Source of the DNA: an uncultured Pseudomonadota bacterium
GTDB taxonomy: Bacteria; Myxococcota_A; Polyangia; Fen-1088
DNA: 64,000 nt
NCBI GenBank assembly: GCA_963819375.1
Contig: CAWFVU010000007.1
Coordinates: 706,768 to 770,767, forward strand
Direction of reading: 5' to 3'
The notes beneath the pieces were generated by a model that was not told the origin of the DNA, did not search any database, and saw nothing but the letters and a program-made list of their open reading frames with translations. Each line of letters starts with the position of its first letter. Positions within the stretch are counted from its first letter, which is position 1. The translations under genes were made by a program, and so were the position numbers. Positions 36,242-47,082 of the stretch are shown here, piece by piece.

Positions 36242-38628
36242 TCAGTGCGTGTGCGCGATGATCGATTTCGACGCGGGCGCCGAAGCCGTGCGGTGCGCGA
36301 CGGCGTGCGAAAACAGCCGTCCCAGCTTCTTTTGCGACCAGCCGTTGCCGTCGTGCTCGGCGTCACCCTCGTCGAGATCGGGGGGCGTCTCGGGCTCTGT
36401 CTTGGGCGGCGCCATGTTCTTGACCCACTCGAGGCACTGCTTCTCGGTGAAGCTGGCCTCGCTCCGGTCGAACACCAACGGCTGCGCCGAATACGCGGCG
36501 TACTCGTCGTCGGTGATCCGCCCGCGCTCGTGCACCTTGGCCAGGATCCGCCGGATGTAGCGATCCCACTGCGGCGACAGCGCGCCGTGGCAGTACTGGA
36601 CGTAGCGGCGCTTCGGCGACGGCAGGATCGACGAGAAGAACGCCGCCTCCAGCGGATTGAGATCGGCCGGCTTCTTGCCGAAGTAATGCCGGGTCGGCGG
36701 CGCCGATGCCGTAGATGCGCGGGCCGAACTCGATGGCGTTGAAGTAGAGCTCGAGGATCCGCTCCTTGGGCAGCTCCTGCTCGAGGTACCAGACCAAAAA
36801 CAGCTCCTGCAGCTTGCGGGAGAGCGTCTTGTCCTTGGTCAAAAGGACGTTCTTCGTCATCTGCATGGTGATCGACGACGCCCCCAGCCGGAAGCCGCCC
36901 CCCTGGAGGTTGCGGCGCAGCGCGCTCTTGAACTCCGAGCTGACCCAGCCGTGGTGCTTGAAGAAGCCGTTGTCCTCGGTGGTCATGATCGATCCGACGA
37001 GGTACGGGGAGATCTGATCGTAGGGGGCGAAGTCCGGGTTGTCGGGGCCGACGACCACCGGGACGGTGTCGGTCTCGCCGGGCGGGCTCCCGGGCAGCTT
37101 GGGGACGTCGACGTTGATCACCAGCGTCTCTGGTTCGGCCAGCGCCTTGACGTCATCCGGCGCCTTCACCACCTTGCAGCCGTCGATGCCGACCTTTCCG
37201 GTTAGATCGAGGTCGTCGAGGTGAGCGAAGTCGATCTTCGCGCCCACGTCGGCGGCGAAGAAACCCTGCAGCACGAACCCCTGCAGGCGCGGCACCAGCG
37301 CGCTCGGGATGCTGGAGAGCAGCTTGGAGCAGGCCACGCGCGGCACCGAGAAGTGCAGATCGATGTCGGGGACCACGCTCAGCGACTTGCCGTTGGTGAA
37401 GCGGAACGTCCCCGACGGCAGGGCGATGTGCCCCGCCACGCGCGCGGTCACGTCGCGCACGCGCGCCTCGGCCCGCTCCAGCTCCAGCCGGCGCGCCACC
37501 GGATAGACCGTGCCGCGCATGGTGATCCCGAGGGAGACGTTCTGGACCGGGTCGGCCGCCAGGGCGTCGCTCTGCAGCGACAGGCCGACCACCGCCAGCT
37601 CGCCGCCGAACTTGACCGCGTCGCCCAGCCAGTCGAGGTCCAGCGCCGCGTCGAGCGTGGTGTTCTCCGGCGCCAGCACCGACTTCGGGAGCACGTCGGC
37701 GATGCGCCCGAGCGAGAACTGCTCGGCGCGCAGCGAGAGCTTGCCGGTGCCGTGCGCCGGATCGGCGTGCCCCTTCGCCGTCCAGAGGGCCTCGTGCGCG
37801 CCGCCGTAGCTGCCGCGCAGATCGATCACCAGGCCGCCGGCCGCGCCCGAGACGCCCGCCGGCGGCGGCCCGATCACGCCCGCGATCCCGGTGAGCGCCA
37901 GCTGCGGCAGCGGCGAGGCCTCGCCCCCCGCCACCCGCAGCGACGGGATTCCCGTGGGGCGCATCCCGGCGAGCGGCGTCTCGACGTCGAGCTCCTCGGC
38001 GCCGAAGCGCGGCCCGGCGCCCTCGCCGCCGAAGCGCGAGCCCGCCCTTCACGGCGTGCATTCGAAACGCCATCCGCGCGCCAGGATGAATCTCGCCGTC
38101 GAGGCTGGCGATGGCGACGTGCAGGTGGCTCCCCTCGTCGCGCGCCTCGATCGAGGCGTCCGGTCAGCATGATGTCGGGGAGGCTCGCGCACGGCGCCCT
38201 CGGGACTTGGGGGCTTCCGACTTGGCGGCCTCGGGCTTGGCGGCTTCAGCGCCGTGATGCCCGTGGCCGCGGAGATTGGCCAGGATCGCGTCGAGGTTGT
38301 CCTCGTCGCCGCCGCGCACGGCCTGCACCCGCAGGCCGGCCACCTCGACCGTGCTGTGCAGACCGAGCGCGGCGCCGAACGGAATCGAGAGGCGCGCGAT
38401 CGTCGCCAGCGGCGGCCCCGCCGGGCGCCCCGGCGATGGTGACGTCCTCGAGGACGATCCGCCCGAAACCGCCGCGGCCGTGGCCCGACCGTGACCGGGC
38501 GGCCGAGCTTCGCCGAGAGACGGCTGCTCGCACAGGTGGGCCGCCAGCCCGCCGACGGCAAACGGATAAAGGATCAGCAGAACCAGCGCCACGGCCGCCG
38601 CGATGCTGGCCCGGCGGTGCGCCGCCAC
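36242..38628 (-). pseudogene. membrane-anchored peptidoglycan glycosyltransferase (GT51 transglycosylase domain) with long N-terminal region, at least 6 frame breaks as sequenced
   Basis: N-terminal TM in ORF 38164..38628. Middle region and GT51 motifs in ORF 36363..37964 (IMTTEDNGFFKHHG, GASSITMQMTKN, RKLQELFLVWYLEQ). C-terminus in ORF 36242..36535 (HERGRITDDEYAAY...). Further switches near 38480, 38410, 38200, 38160, 38045 and 36690. Confidence 0.75.
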
Positions 38629-38838
38629 GAAGGCGCGCGCGCGCGCTCGGCCGGCCCCGAGGGCTCGAGGCGCGGCGGACCGCCCAGACCGGGCGGGAGA
38701 GGCGGCGGCTGCAAGGCCCGCGAATACTACCAGGGCTGCGCAGCCGGCGGGGGTGCGCCGACGATTATGGAAAGCTCAAGCGTCGAAGCGACCCGCGCGG
38801 GCCGCGCCGCCCCGAAGTTGATACGATTCGGCGCAGCG

Positions 38839-41800
38839 ATGAGCGAGCGGGACGGAATTCAGAGCTTCCTCGCGGCGGTGCGGCGGCGGCTCCTGCTGCG
38901 CGCCGGCCTCCAGGCGGCGGGCTACGGCGCGGCGGCGCTGGGCGTTGGCCTCTTCGCGCTCGGGCTGTCTGCGGCGGCCGTCGGTCCCGCGGACTTCTGG
39001 CCCACGGTGACCGCCTGCTTCGCCGGCGCGCTCGGCCTGGTGGTGCTGGCGCGGGGTGTCCTCATCCCTGCGCGCGCGCTGCACGACGATCGCGCCGCCG
39101 CTCGCCGCACCGGCGCGCTGCTGCCGGCGATGGCCAGCGATCTGCTGTCCGCGGTCGAGCTCGCCGGAGGCACCGGCGACCGACGTGCGCGGCGCCGCCT
39201 CGCCGACGCTGGTGCAGGCGTTCCGCGAGCAGGTGGCCCGGGCGCTGGCGCCGGTCGCGCCGGGCGGTCTCGTCTCCTTCGCTCCGGCGGCGCGCGCCCT
39301 CGCCGTGTCGGGGCTGATCGCGGCGGCGTTGATCGCCGCGATGGCGACCTGGCCCATGGTGGCCCGCGGACTCCACACGCTGGTGCACCGCCCCTCGCGC
39401 TTCGAAGGGGCCGCCGTCTCCGCGGTGCCGCTGGTCGGCGACGTGCGGGTCACCTACGAGTATCCGGCCTACACCGGCCTTCGCCGCCCGCACGGTCGAG
39501 GGGTCGACCGGCGACATCGCGGCGGTCAAGGGGACGCACGTTCGGATCGAGACCCACCCGCTGCGCCCGGCGCACCGCGCGCTGTTGTTGCTCGGCGAGC
39601 GCGGCGAGGCGGGCGAGCTCGCCGTGGCGCTGTCGGGGGACACGCTGACCGCCGATCTGACGCTGACGCAGGACGGGAGCTATCGTTTTTGGCTGGAGCC
39701 GCCGTTCGGACGGCCGATCCGCGAGGAGCGCAGCCATCGCCTGACCGCCGAGCCCGACGCCCCGCCGCGCGTCGAGATCCTGGGGCCTGCCGATCGGCTG
39801 GAGCTGGCGACGCCGCGGCCGATCGAGATCGGCTACTCGGCCAGCGACGACTTCGGGCTGGGCGCGATCGAGCTGGTCTATCGCATCGGCGATCGGCCCG
39901 AGCAGCGCGTCCCCTTGCGCGACGGGGCCGGCGGGCGGGCGCGTTCAGGGGCGGACGGTCTGGGATCCAGCCACCACCGGCCTCGTCGGGCGCCGAGCGG
40001 ATCGCCTACCGGATCGAGGCGCACGATCGCGATCAGATCGCCGGACCGAAGGTCGGCTCGTCGCGGACGCTGTACGTGGTGATCCAGAACCCGCACGAGA
40101 ATCTGGAGGATCGCCTCGAGCGCCAGCGCGACGTGCTGGAAAAGCTGATGGGCGATCTGGCGGCGCGTCTCGAGCGTGACCCGCGATCGCGGCGCCGCCG
40201 TCGCCGTCGCCGTCGCCCACGTTGGGCGCCAGCGCGGCGGCGGCCGCGAACGAACGGGTGGCGGCGCTGGCCGCGGAGCACGAGGCGGAGGAGGCGCACC
40301 TGGCGCTCCTCGGCCGGCTGCTCGACGAGGATCGACGCGAGGCGGTTCTGGGCAAGACGCTGCGGGCGGCGCTGGCTGGAATCGCCGATCGGCTGGAGCA
40401 CCTCCTGCGCGAGGAGGCGCAGGCGCTGTCGGCGCTGAAGACGCAGGCCCGGCGCCGGGCGCGCGCGCCTCGAGGCCGCCTCGGCCAAGCAGGTCGCCGA
40501 GCTGGAGAGCGACGTGCTGCGGCTCGACGATCTGATCGGCCGGCAGCGGCTGGAGGATCTGGCCAGCCTCGGCAAGGAGCTGACCGAGGCGCATCAGCGG
40601 CTTCAGGATCTCCTGGAGCGCTACAAGAAGACCAAGGACGAGGGGCTGCGGCGCCAGCTGGCGCGCGAGGCGCGCGACCTGCGCGCGCGCCTCGCCGATC
40701 TCGCGCAGAAGATCGCCGCCGTGCAGGCGCGCAACGACGTCCCCGAGGAGTGGCGAAACCTTCCGGACATGAAGGGGCTGCAGGAGCAGGCGCGCAAGCT
40801 GGACGACATGATCGAGAAGGGGAACGACGCCGACATGGAGAAGGCGTTGGCCCAGCTGGGCGACGATCTGCGCGGCATGCGCAAGATGCTCGATCAGAAC
40901 CTGGAGGGGTTCGGCGCCGAGCGGTTTCCCCAGGAGAACCGGGTGGTCGCCGAGCTGATGAAGAAGATCGGCGACATCGAAGGGGACGAGCGCGCGCTGC
41001 AGAAGGAGACGCAGGCGATCTCCGAGAAGCAGGAGGCGGAGGTCGAGCAGCGGCTCAAGGGGCAGATGGACGAGCTGCTCAAGCGCGAGGGCGAGAAGAT
41101 CGATCGGCTCAAGCAGAAGCTGGCCAGCGTCCCCACCGGCGATCCGGAGAGCGCGCTCAGCGAGGAGATCGGCCGCGCGCGCGAGAGCGCCAAGCAGATG
41201 CGGCGCCTGCTCGGCGAGCGCGATCTGGCCGAGGCCAAGGGGGAGGCCGAGCGGGCCGAGACCAGCCTGGAGCGCGCCGGCGAGCACCTGGACGAGCTGG
41301 CGGAGGCGCGCCGCGCCCGCCGCGGCGGCGTCGAGGGGGAGCGCGACAAGCGGGCGGACGCGGTCGGCGAGGCGCGCGGGCTGGCGCAGGAGATCGCCGA
41401 CGATCTGTCGAAGGTGATGCCGAAGCCGTCGGAGACGCTGACGCCGGGCGACCGCGAGGCGGCGCGCGGGCAGGCCGAGAAGCAGGCCGCCATCGGAAAG
41501 CGCACCGAGGACCTCGCCGGGGAGGCGGCCCGGCGCCTCGGCAAGATGCCGGGGATGGAGAAGGCCGAGGGGGAGCTCAAGGGCGCCGGCGCGCGGATGA
41601 AGGAGGCGGGCGAGTCGCTCAAGCGGGACGAATCGAAGCCGGCCGCCACGGCCGAGCGCGACGCCGCCGACCGGCTCGGCAAGCTGCGCGACTCGATGCA
41701 GGAGCGGTCGATGGGCGGCAGCGAGCAGCACCACGATCCGGTGCGCATCCCGGGCGCCGACGAATCGAGCGCGCCGCGCGCCTGGCGGCAGGAGCTGCTC

Positions 41801-41875
41801 GACGCGATGAAGGAACGGGCGCCCGAGCGCTACCGCGACGAGGTCCGCCGCTACTACGAGGAGCTGGTCAAATGA
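38839..41875 (+). pseudogene. DUF4175-like large membrane/coiled-coil protein, at least 6 frame breaks as sequenced
   Basis: ATG at 38839 (MSERDGIQSFLAAVRRRLLLRAGLQAAGYGAAALGVGLFALGL, TM segments). Sensible peptide continues through ORFs 39056..40438, 39585..40082, 40222..42876 and 40514..41875. Long Glu/Lys/Arg coiled-coil, with C-terminal RAWRQELLDAMKERAPERYRDEVRRYYEELVK. Switches near 39175, 39480, 39935, 39990, 40200 and 40460. Confidence 0.7.
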
Positions 41876-43531
41876 AGCGCGCCGGCCTGACCGCGCTCGC
41901 CGTGGCTGCGCTCTCGCTGGCCGGCCCCTCTGTCGCGCACGCGGCCAACGGCGCGCCCGCGCCCGCGGCTCCGTCCGATCTCGGCGCCGCCGCCAAGCAG
42001 GTCGACGTGCTCCTCGACGCCTGGCAATTCAAGGAGGCCGCCGCCGCGCTCGCGACGCTGAAGAGCGCCGCCCCCGGGGCGCCCGAGACGAACTTCCTCG
42101 ACGGCTACCAGAAGTTCCTCGCCGGCGACTACGACGGCGCCGTTCATGCGCTCTCGGCGGCCTCCGACGCCCAGCCCGCCAACGGCGGAGATCAAGTCGC
42201 TCAAGGAGCTGGCCGCCGCCGCGCGCGACGCGATCAAGGACTTCCGCGAGGAGCGCTCGCCTCACGCCGTCATCCACTACGCGCCCGAGGACGCCGCGCT
42301 CGTCCCCTACGCGCGCGACACCGTCGAGGCGGCGTACGCGGCGCTGCACGCCGATCTCGGCTTCGAGATCGCCCAGCCGATCCGGGTCGAGTTCTATCGC
42401 GCCCCGTCCGATCTGGCGGCGGTCTCGTCGCTGTCGGTGGCCGAGGTGGCGCGCACCGGCACGATCGCGCTCTGCAAGTGGGCGCGCCTGATGGTCACCA
42501 CGCCGCGCGCGCTGGCCTACGGCTACCCCTGGCTCGACAGCATGAACCACGAGCTGGTCCACTACGCCGTCTCCACCTTGTCGAAAGACCGCGCGCCGGT
42601 CTGGTTCCAGGAGGGGCTGGCCAAGTTCCTCGAGCGCCGCTGGCGCGAGCCGCCCGGAGGGCGCATCCCGCCGCCGATGGAGCACCTCCTGGCCAAGGCG
42701 CTGCGTTCGGGCCACCTCATCAGCTTCGAGGCGATGCACCCCTCGATGGCCAAGCTGCCGTCGGCCGAGGACGCCACGCTCGCCTTCGCCGAGGTCGAAA
42801 ACGCCATCGCCTACCTCTACGAAAAGGGCGGCATGGCGGCGTTGCGCGAGGCGATCAAGCGCGTCGGCGACGGTGAGGACGCGCGGCAGGCCGTGGCGGC
42901 CGCGGCCGGCGGCGGATGGCCCGAGTTCGAGCGCGGCTGGCGCGCCTTCATGGTCGCGCAGCACTACAAGACCTTCCCGGCCATCGACATCGCCACCACC
43001 CACATCCGCAAGCAGAACGCCATCGCCTCCGGGCGCAAGCCCGCCGAGGAGGACGCGCTGTCGCCGGCCCTGAAGGCGAGCGCGCCGTTTCGCTACCTGC
43101 GGCTCGGCAACATGCTGCTCGGGCGCGATCACCCGCGCGCGGCGGCCGCCGAGTACGAAAAGGGGCAGAAGGCGGTCACCTCCACCGCGCGCAACGATCC
43201 GTCGGCGACCTGGATCTTCCCGGTGAAGCTGGGGCGAACCTATCTGTCGCTCGGCGAGCCCGATCGCGCGCTCAAGGCGCTGGCGCCCGTGCAGGCGCTC
43301 TACCCCGATCTCCCCTGGCCGAACCTCATCGCCGGGGAGGCGCGGCTGGCGCTGGGCGACGCGCCCGGCGCCGTCACCGCGCTGCGCGCGTCGCTGGCGA
43401 CCAACCCGTTCGATCCGCGCGTCCACTGCGCGCTCGCCGCGGCCTACGGCAGGCTGCCGGCCGACGCGCGGGCAACCGCCGCCGACGTCGCGCGCGAGCA
43501 GCAGCTCTGCAAAGAGCTGGGCGCCGAATAA
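41872..43531 (+). pseudogene. secreted HExxH metallopeptidase-like (peptidase MA-like) protein with TPR-like C-terminus, one frame break
   Basis: Its ATG at 41872 overlaps the DUF4175 stop (ATGA). Signal MKRAGLTALAVAALSLAGPSVAHA lies in the frame of ORF 40222..42876. After ~42180 it continues in ORF 42146..43531 with MNHELVHY (HExxH). Confidence 0.7.
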
Positions 43532-43549
43532 TCGCGCGGTTGCGCGAAT

Positions 43550-43578
43550 TTGACGGCCTCGACAGAGGGGGCGATACT
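43550..43578 (+). promoter_or_regulatory. candidate sigma-70 promoter of the small OMP gene
   Basis: TTGACG (43550-43555), a 17-nt spacer, GATACT (43573-43578). GGAGG lies 8 nt before the ATG at 43638. Confidence 0.4.
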
Positions 43579-43637
43579 GGCCGAGCTGGCGTCGGCGAGA
43601 TGCCGGACGTCCGTAAAAACCAACGGAGGTCGTTTCG

Positions 43638-44215
43638 ATGAAAAAGCCCCTACTCCTCTCTCTCCTCGGTGGTCTCGCGCTCTGCGCGGCCACTCCCGCC
43701 CTCGCGCAGACCGAGCCGCCCCCACCGCCCGCCACCGCACCGCCGGCGAATTCGGCACCGTACACCTCGGTGGGTGGCGGCGGCATCGGCATCGGCGCCG
43801 AGGTGTTTCTCTCCGGGTCTGACCGGCGCCGAGTTCGTCTACGACATGTCGACGTTCCACATCGAAGCGATTGTCGGCTACGACCACCTCTCCAACGCCA
43901 ACAACGGCGGCTCGTCCTCGGACTTCACGTTCGGGGTCGGCCGGCTGGTATCACCTGGCGCGCGGCGCCAACGCCGACTTCTCCATCGGCGGCGGCGCCG
44001 GCCTCTTCTACAACTCGCCGCTCGTTGGCAATTCCTCCACGACGTTCACGCTCGAGCCGGGCGCAGAGGCGCGGATTTTCCTGGCGTCGAACTTCGCGCT
44101 CTCAACGCCGGGTCGGAATCGCCATCACGTCCGGCGACAGCGGTCTTCCGACGACGCTCTCGATTGGCGGCCAGGAAACCGCAGCGGTCTCGGGTTCACC
44201 TACTTCTTCCGGTAG
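43638..44215 (+). pseudogene. small outer-membrane beta-barrel-like protein, 4 frame breaks as sequenced
   Basis: Signal MKKPLLLSLLGGLALCAATPALAQ in ORF 43638..44246. Sensible peptide then hops frames: GLTGAEFVYDMSTFHIEAIVGYDHLSN, GWYHLARGANADFSIGGGAGLFYNSP...ARIFLASNFALS, VGIAITSGDSGLPTTLSIGG, and a terminal GLGFTYFFR stop at 44215. Confidence 0.65.
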
Positions 44216-44217
44216 CC

Positions 44218-46449
44218 TCAGTTTCCGAGGCGCGCCGAGGCCGTGAGGCCTCGGGCGCCGTCGGCGTAGCGACCGTCGCGATCGGGCTGGGCGCCGCCGA
44301 CCGCGATGTCGACCGTCCCCGTGATCGGCCGCCGCTGTCCCTGCTCGTCGACCAGCGTCAGCGCCTCCGGAGGCAACGTCAGCGCGACGCTCCGGCGCTC
44401 ACCTGGCGCGAGCGCCACGCGCGCAAAGGCCGCCAGCCAGAGGCGCGGCGCATAGGCGGGCGGGTCGTGAGGGACGACGTAGACCTCCACCACCTCGTCC
44501 CCGGCCCGGGCGCCCCGGTTCTCGACCTCGACGGAGATCGTCTTCCAGTCCGGCGCGACGCGCAGATTTGCGTATCCGAACGTCGTGTACGAGAGGCCAT
44601 CGCCGAACCGATAGAGCGGCGGCTGCGTGAGGTAGCGGTAGGTGCGCCCGCGCATCCCGTAGTCGGCGAACGGCGGCAGATCGGCGGCCGAGCGATAGAA
44701 GGTGATGGGCAGGCGACCGGCCGGATTCACCTCGCCGAAGAGGACGTCCGCGACGGCGTTGCCCCCTTCCTCGCCCGGGTACCAGGCCTCGAGGAGCGCG
44801 GCCGCGTGCGCCGCCGCGAAGGGGACCGCGAGCGCGCTGCCGCCGGTGAGGACGACGATCACCGGCTTGCCGGTGGCCACCAGCGCCTCGAGCAGCTTCT
44901 CCTGTGACGCCGGCAGCCCGAGCGCGCGGCGATCGCCGGCCGGGTTGAGCGCGCTGTCGTTCTCTTCCCCCTCGAGCCGCGGATCGAGCCCGAGCACGGC
45001 GACGACCACGTCGCTCTTGCGCGCGGCGGTGACCGCCTCGCGCAGCTGCGCGCTCGAGCCGCCGGATCCCGCCAGCGTCGCGCCGCGCGCGTAACGGACC
45101 GTCGCGCCCCGGGCGCGGGCAGCGGCGCGGATGCCTTCCAGCAGCGTCACGGCGTGAGACGGCGTGCCGTGGTAGTTGGCGAGCAACACCTCCTCGTCGT
45201 CGGCCGTCGGTCCGACCACGGCGATCCGCTTCACGGACCGCCCGAGCGGCAGCGCCCCGTTTCGATTCTCCAGCAGGACCACCGCGCGGGCCGCCGCCTC
45301 GCGCGCCAGCTGCCGGTGCGCGGGCGAGTCGATCGCCGCCTCCCCGAGCGCCGACCAGGGGGTCGACGCGCCCGGCTCGAACAGCCCCAGGCGGAAGCGC
45401 GCGGTGAAGAGACGCACCAGCGCCCGATCGAGATCGGCCTCGGTGACGAGCCCCTGCGCCAGCGCCGGCCGGAGCGCCGCGTACGCCCGCCCGCAGTCGA
45501 GATCGGTCCCCGCCCGCAGCGCCATCGCCGCGGCCGCCTCGGGCGAGGGCGCCGCGTGATGGCTGGCGAAGATGTCGTCCACCGCGCCGCAGTCGCCGAC
45601 CACGTAGCCCGCGAACCCCCAAGCCTTGCGCAGCGTCTCCTCGAGCAACCGCGCGCTGGCGGCAGACGGCGCACCGTCGACGCGGTTGTAGGCGGCCATC
45701 ACCGACCCGACGCGCGCCTCGCGCACCGCCGCCTCGAACTGCGGCAGGTAGGTGTCGGCCAGATCGTGCTCGCTCGGGCGGGCGTCGAACGAATGCCGGT
45801 CGGCCTCCGGCCCGCTGTGCACCGCGAAGTGCTTGGCCGTGGCGACGGTCTTCAACAGCCCCGCGTCGCCGGCTTGCGCTTGCCCCTGCATCCCCGCGAT
45901 GAACGCCACGCCCATCCGCGACGTCAGCAGCGGGTCCTCGCCGTAGGTCTCCTGACCGCGCCCCCAGCGCGGATCGCGGAAGATGTTGATGTTGGGCGAG
46001 AAGAACGTCAGCCCGTGGTAGCGGCCGCGCTCGCCGCGCTTCTCGGCCAGGTTGAACTTCGCGCGCGCCTCGTCGGAGATCGCCGTCGCCACCCGCTCCA
46101 CCAGCGGCGCGTCGAACGTCGCCGCCAGCGCGATCGCCTGCGGGAAGACCGTGGCGCGGCCGGCGCGCGCGACGCCGTGCAGCGCCTCGCTCCACCAGTC
46201 GTAGGCCGGAACGCCGAGGCGCGGGATCTCGGGCGCCGCCGTCATCAATTGCCCGATCTTCTCGTCGACGGTCAGGCGCCGCACCAGATCGGCGGCGCGC
46301 GCGGCGGCTGGCCGCCGTGGATCGAGGTAGGGCGCGTTCTTGTCGGGAGTCCCCGGGCGCGGTGCCCGGACACACCCCGTCAACGACGACGACGCCGCGA
46401 CGGCCAGCAGCGCAACCGCGAGCGCGCGCGGGGGCGCCGTCACGAACAA
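44218..46449 (-). CDS. glycoside hydrolase family 3 (beta-glucosidase/beta-xylosidase type) lipoprotein
   Basis: ORF 44218..46449 with TTG start 7 nt after the upstream stop. Lipobox SSLTGC. Motifs DEKIGQLM, WWSEALHGV, KHFAVHSGPE, GYVVGDCGAV. Confidence 0.9.
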   Translation of the reverse strand: MFVTAPPRALAVALLAVAASSSLTGCVRAPRPGTPDKNAPYLDPRRPAAARAADLVRRLTVDEKIGQLMTAAPEIPRLGVPAYDWWSEALHGVARAGRATVFPQAIALAATFDAPLVERVATAISDEARAKFNLAEKRGERGRYHGLTFFSPNINIFRDPRWGRGQETYGEDPLLTSRMGVAFIAGMQGQAQAGDAGLLKTVATAKHFAVHSGPEADRHSFDARPSEHDLADTYLPQFEAAVREARVGSVMAAYNRVDGAPSAASARLLEETLRKAWGFAGYVVGDCGAVDDIFASHHAAPSPEAAAAMALRAGTDLDCGRAYAALRPALAQGLVTEADLDRALVRLFTARFRLGLFEPGASTPWSALGEAAIDSPAHRQLAREAAARAVVLLENRNGALPLGRSVKRIAVVGPTADDEEVLLANYHGTPSHAVTLLEGIRAAARARGATVRYARGATLAGSGGSSAQLREAVTAARKSDVVVAVLGLDPRLEGEENDSALNPAGDRRALGLPASQEKLLEALVATGKPVIVVLTGGSALAVPFAAAHAAALLEAWYPGEEGGNAVADVLFGEVNPAGRLPITFYRSAADLPPFADYGMRGRTYRYLTQPPLYRFGDGLSYTTFGYANLRVAPDWKTISVEVENRGARAGDEVVEVYVVPHDPPAYAPRLWLAAFARVALAPGERRSVALTLPPEALTLVDEQGQRRPITGTVDIAVGGAQPDRDGRYADGARGLTASARLGN

Positions 46450-46456
46450 GGCGCGA

Positions 46457-46927
46457 TCACTTCAAGGTGATCGTGGTCTTGGCGTAGACCTTTTCCTTAC
46501 CGCCGACCACCCGGGTCGCCCGCACCTCGTACTTGTGCCCCTTGACGAACCCCATGTCCGACGAGATCGCCTGGCCGTTGAGCTGCACGATCTTCTGATC
46601 GGGCTTCACGCTGACCTCGGTGAAGTTGACCTGGTCGGGCGGATGCTTGGAGACGTCGTAGTAGACGACGTTGATCTTGTTGCCGCCCGCGCCCGCGCCC
46701 AGGAAGATCATCATGTTCAGCGTCCAGGAACCGCCCCCGTTGAAGGTCGTCTTTCCCTGCTTCTTGAGGGCGGCGTTCATCTCCTTCTCCGAGGCGAAGG
46801 AGCCGAACTCGGCGTCGCTCACCACGATCCGCCCGCCGGCGACGGCCGCCCGTGGCGCCAGCATCAGCGCTCCAAACACCGTCGTCGCCAGGAGTCCTGC
46901 CAGGAAGAATTGACGCACACGCTGCAT
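46457..46927 (-). CDS. secreted hypothetical protein (156 aa)
   Basis: Within ORF 46457..47083. ATG at 46927 is preceded by AAGGAGG. Signal MQRVRQFFLAGLLATTVFGALMLAPRAAVA. No family recognised. Apparently co-transcribed with the GH3 gene. Confidence 0.65.
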   Translation of the reverse strand: MQRVRQFFLAGLLATTVFGALMLAPRAAVAGGRIVVSDAEFGSFASEKEMNAALKKQGKTTFNGGGSWTLNMMIFLGAGAGGNKINVVYYDVSKHPPDQVNFTEVSVKPDQKIVQLNGQAISSDMGFVKGHKYEVRATRVVGGKEKVYAKTTITLK

Positions 46928-47066
46928 GGACCGTCCTCCTTGGGGCATCAATAACACGAGACCGCCGGGCGCCCGCAGCGTCAACGAATCCGTCGGTTGA
47001 ACGAGCCGCCGCACACTCCTTAACCGGCGGCGCGCCCGGTCCGCCCCGACGCGCCGCCTGCTCCCG

Positions 47067-47082
47067 GGGCATACCCCTTGCA
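47067..47082 (+). promoter_or_regulatory. candidate sigma-54 (RpoN) promoter
   Basis: gGGCATaccccTTGCA: GG at 47068-47069 and GC at 47080-47081 have the exact consensus spacing of TGGCAC-N5-TTGCA. It sits upstream of pal, a histidine kinase and an NtrC-type activator on the same strand. Confidence 0.5.

Noticed and set aside
38164-38166. In-frame TGA in the transglycosylase gene considered as selenocysteine or readthrough
   Set aside because: The peptide just before it (RGRRARASPTSC) is nonsense, while an adjacent frame reads sensibly (APCASLPDIMLT). That indicates two nearby compensating indels, and no SECIS-like hairpin is evident.
39878-41734. 618-aa minus-strand ORF opposite the DUF4175 gene, and similar long ORFs at 42029..43792, 48910..50706, 30533..32818 and 27618..29573
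   Set aside because: Each lies antisense to a gene with clear motifs. The peptides are leucine/arginine/glycine-rich mirror images of Glu/Ala/Lys-rich coding strands, and no domain is recognisable.
43533-43546. CGCGC-ggtt-GCGCG hairpin followed by AATTT after the HExxH/TPR gene, considered as a terminator
   Set aside because: The stem is only 5 bp and the T run only 3 nt, which is too weak to call.
36242-44215. The frame breaks considered as programmed ribosomal frameshifting or recoding
   Set aside because: About 25 breaks are scattered over ten unrelated genes on both strands. They have no common slippery heptamer or downstream structure, and several lie only tens of bp apart. Indels, whether real or from assembly, explain them better.
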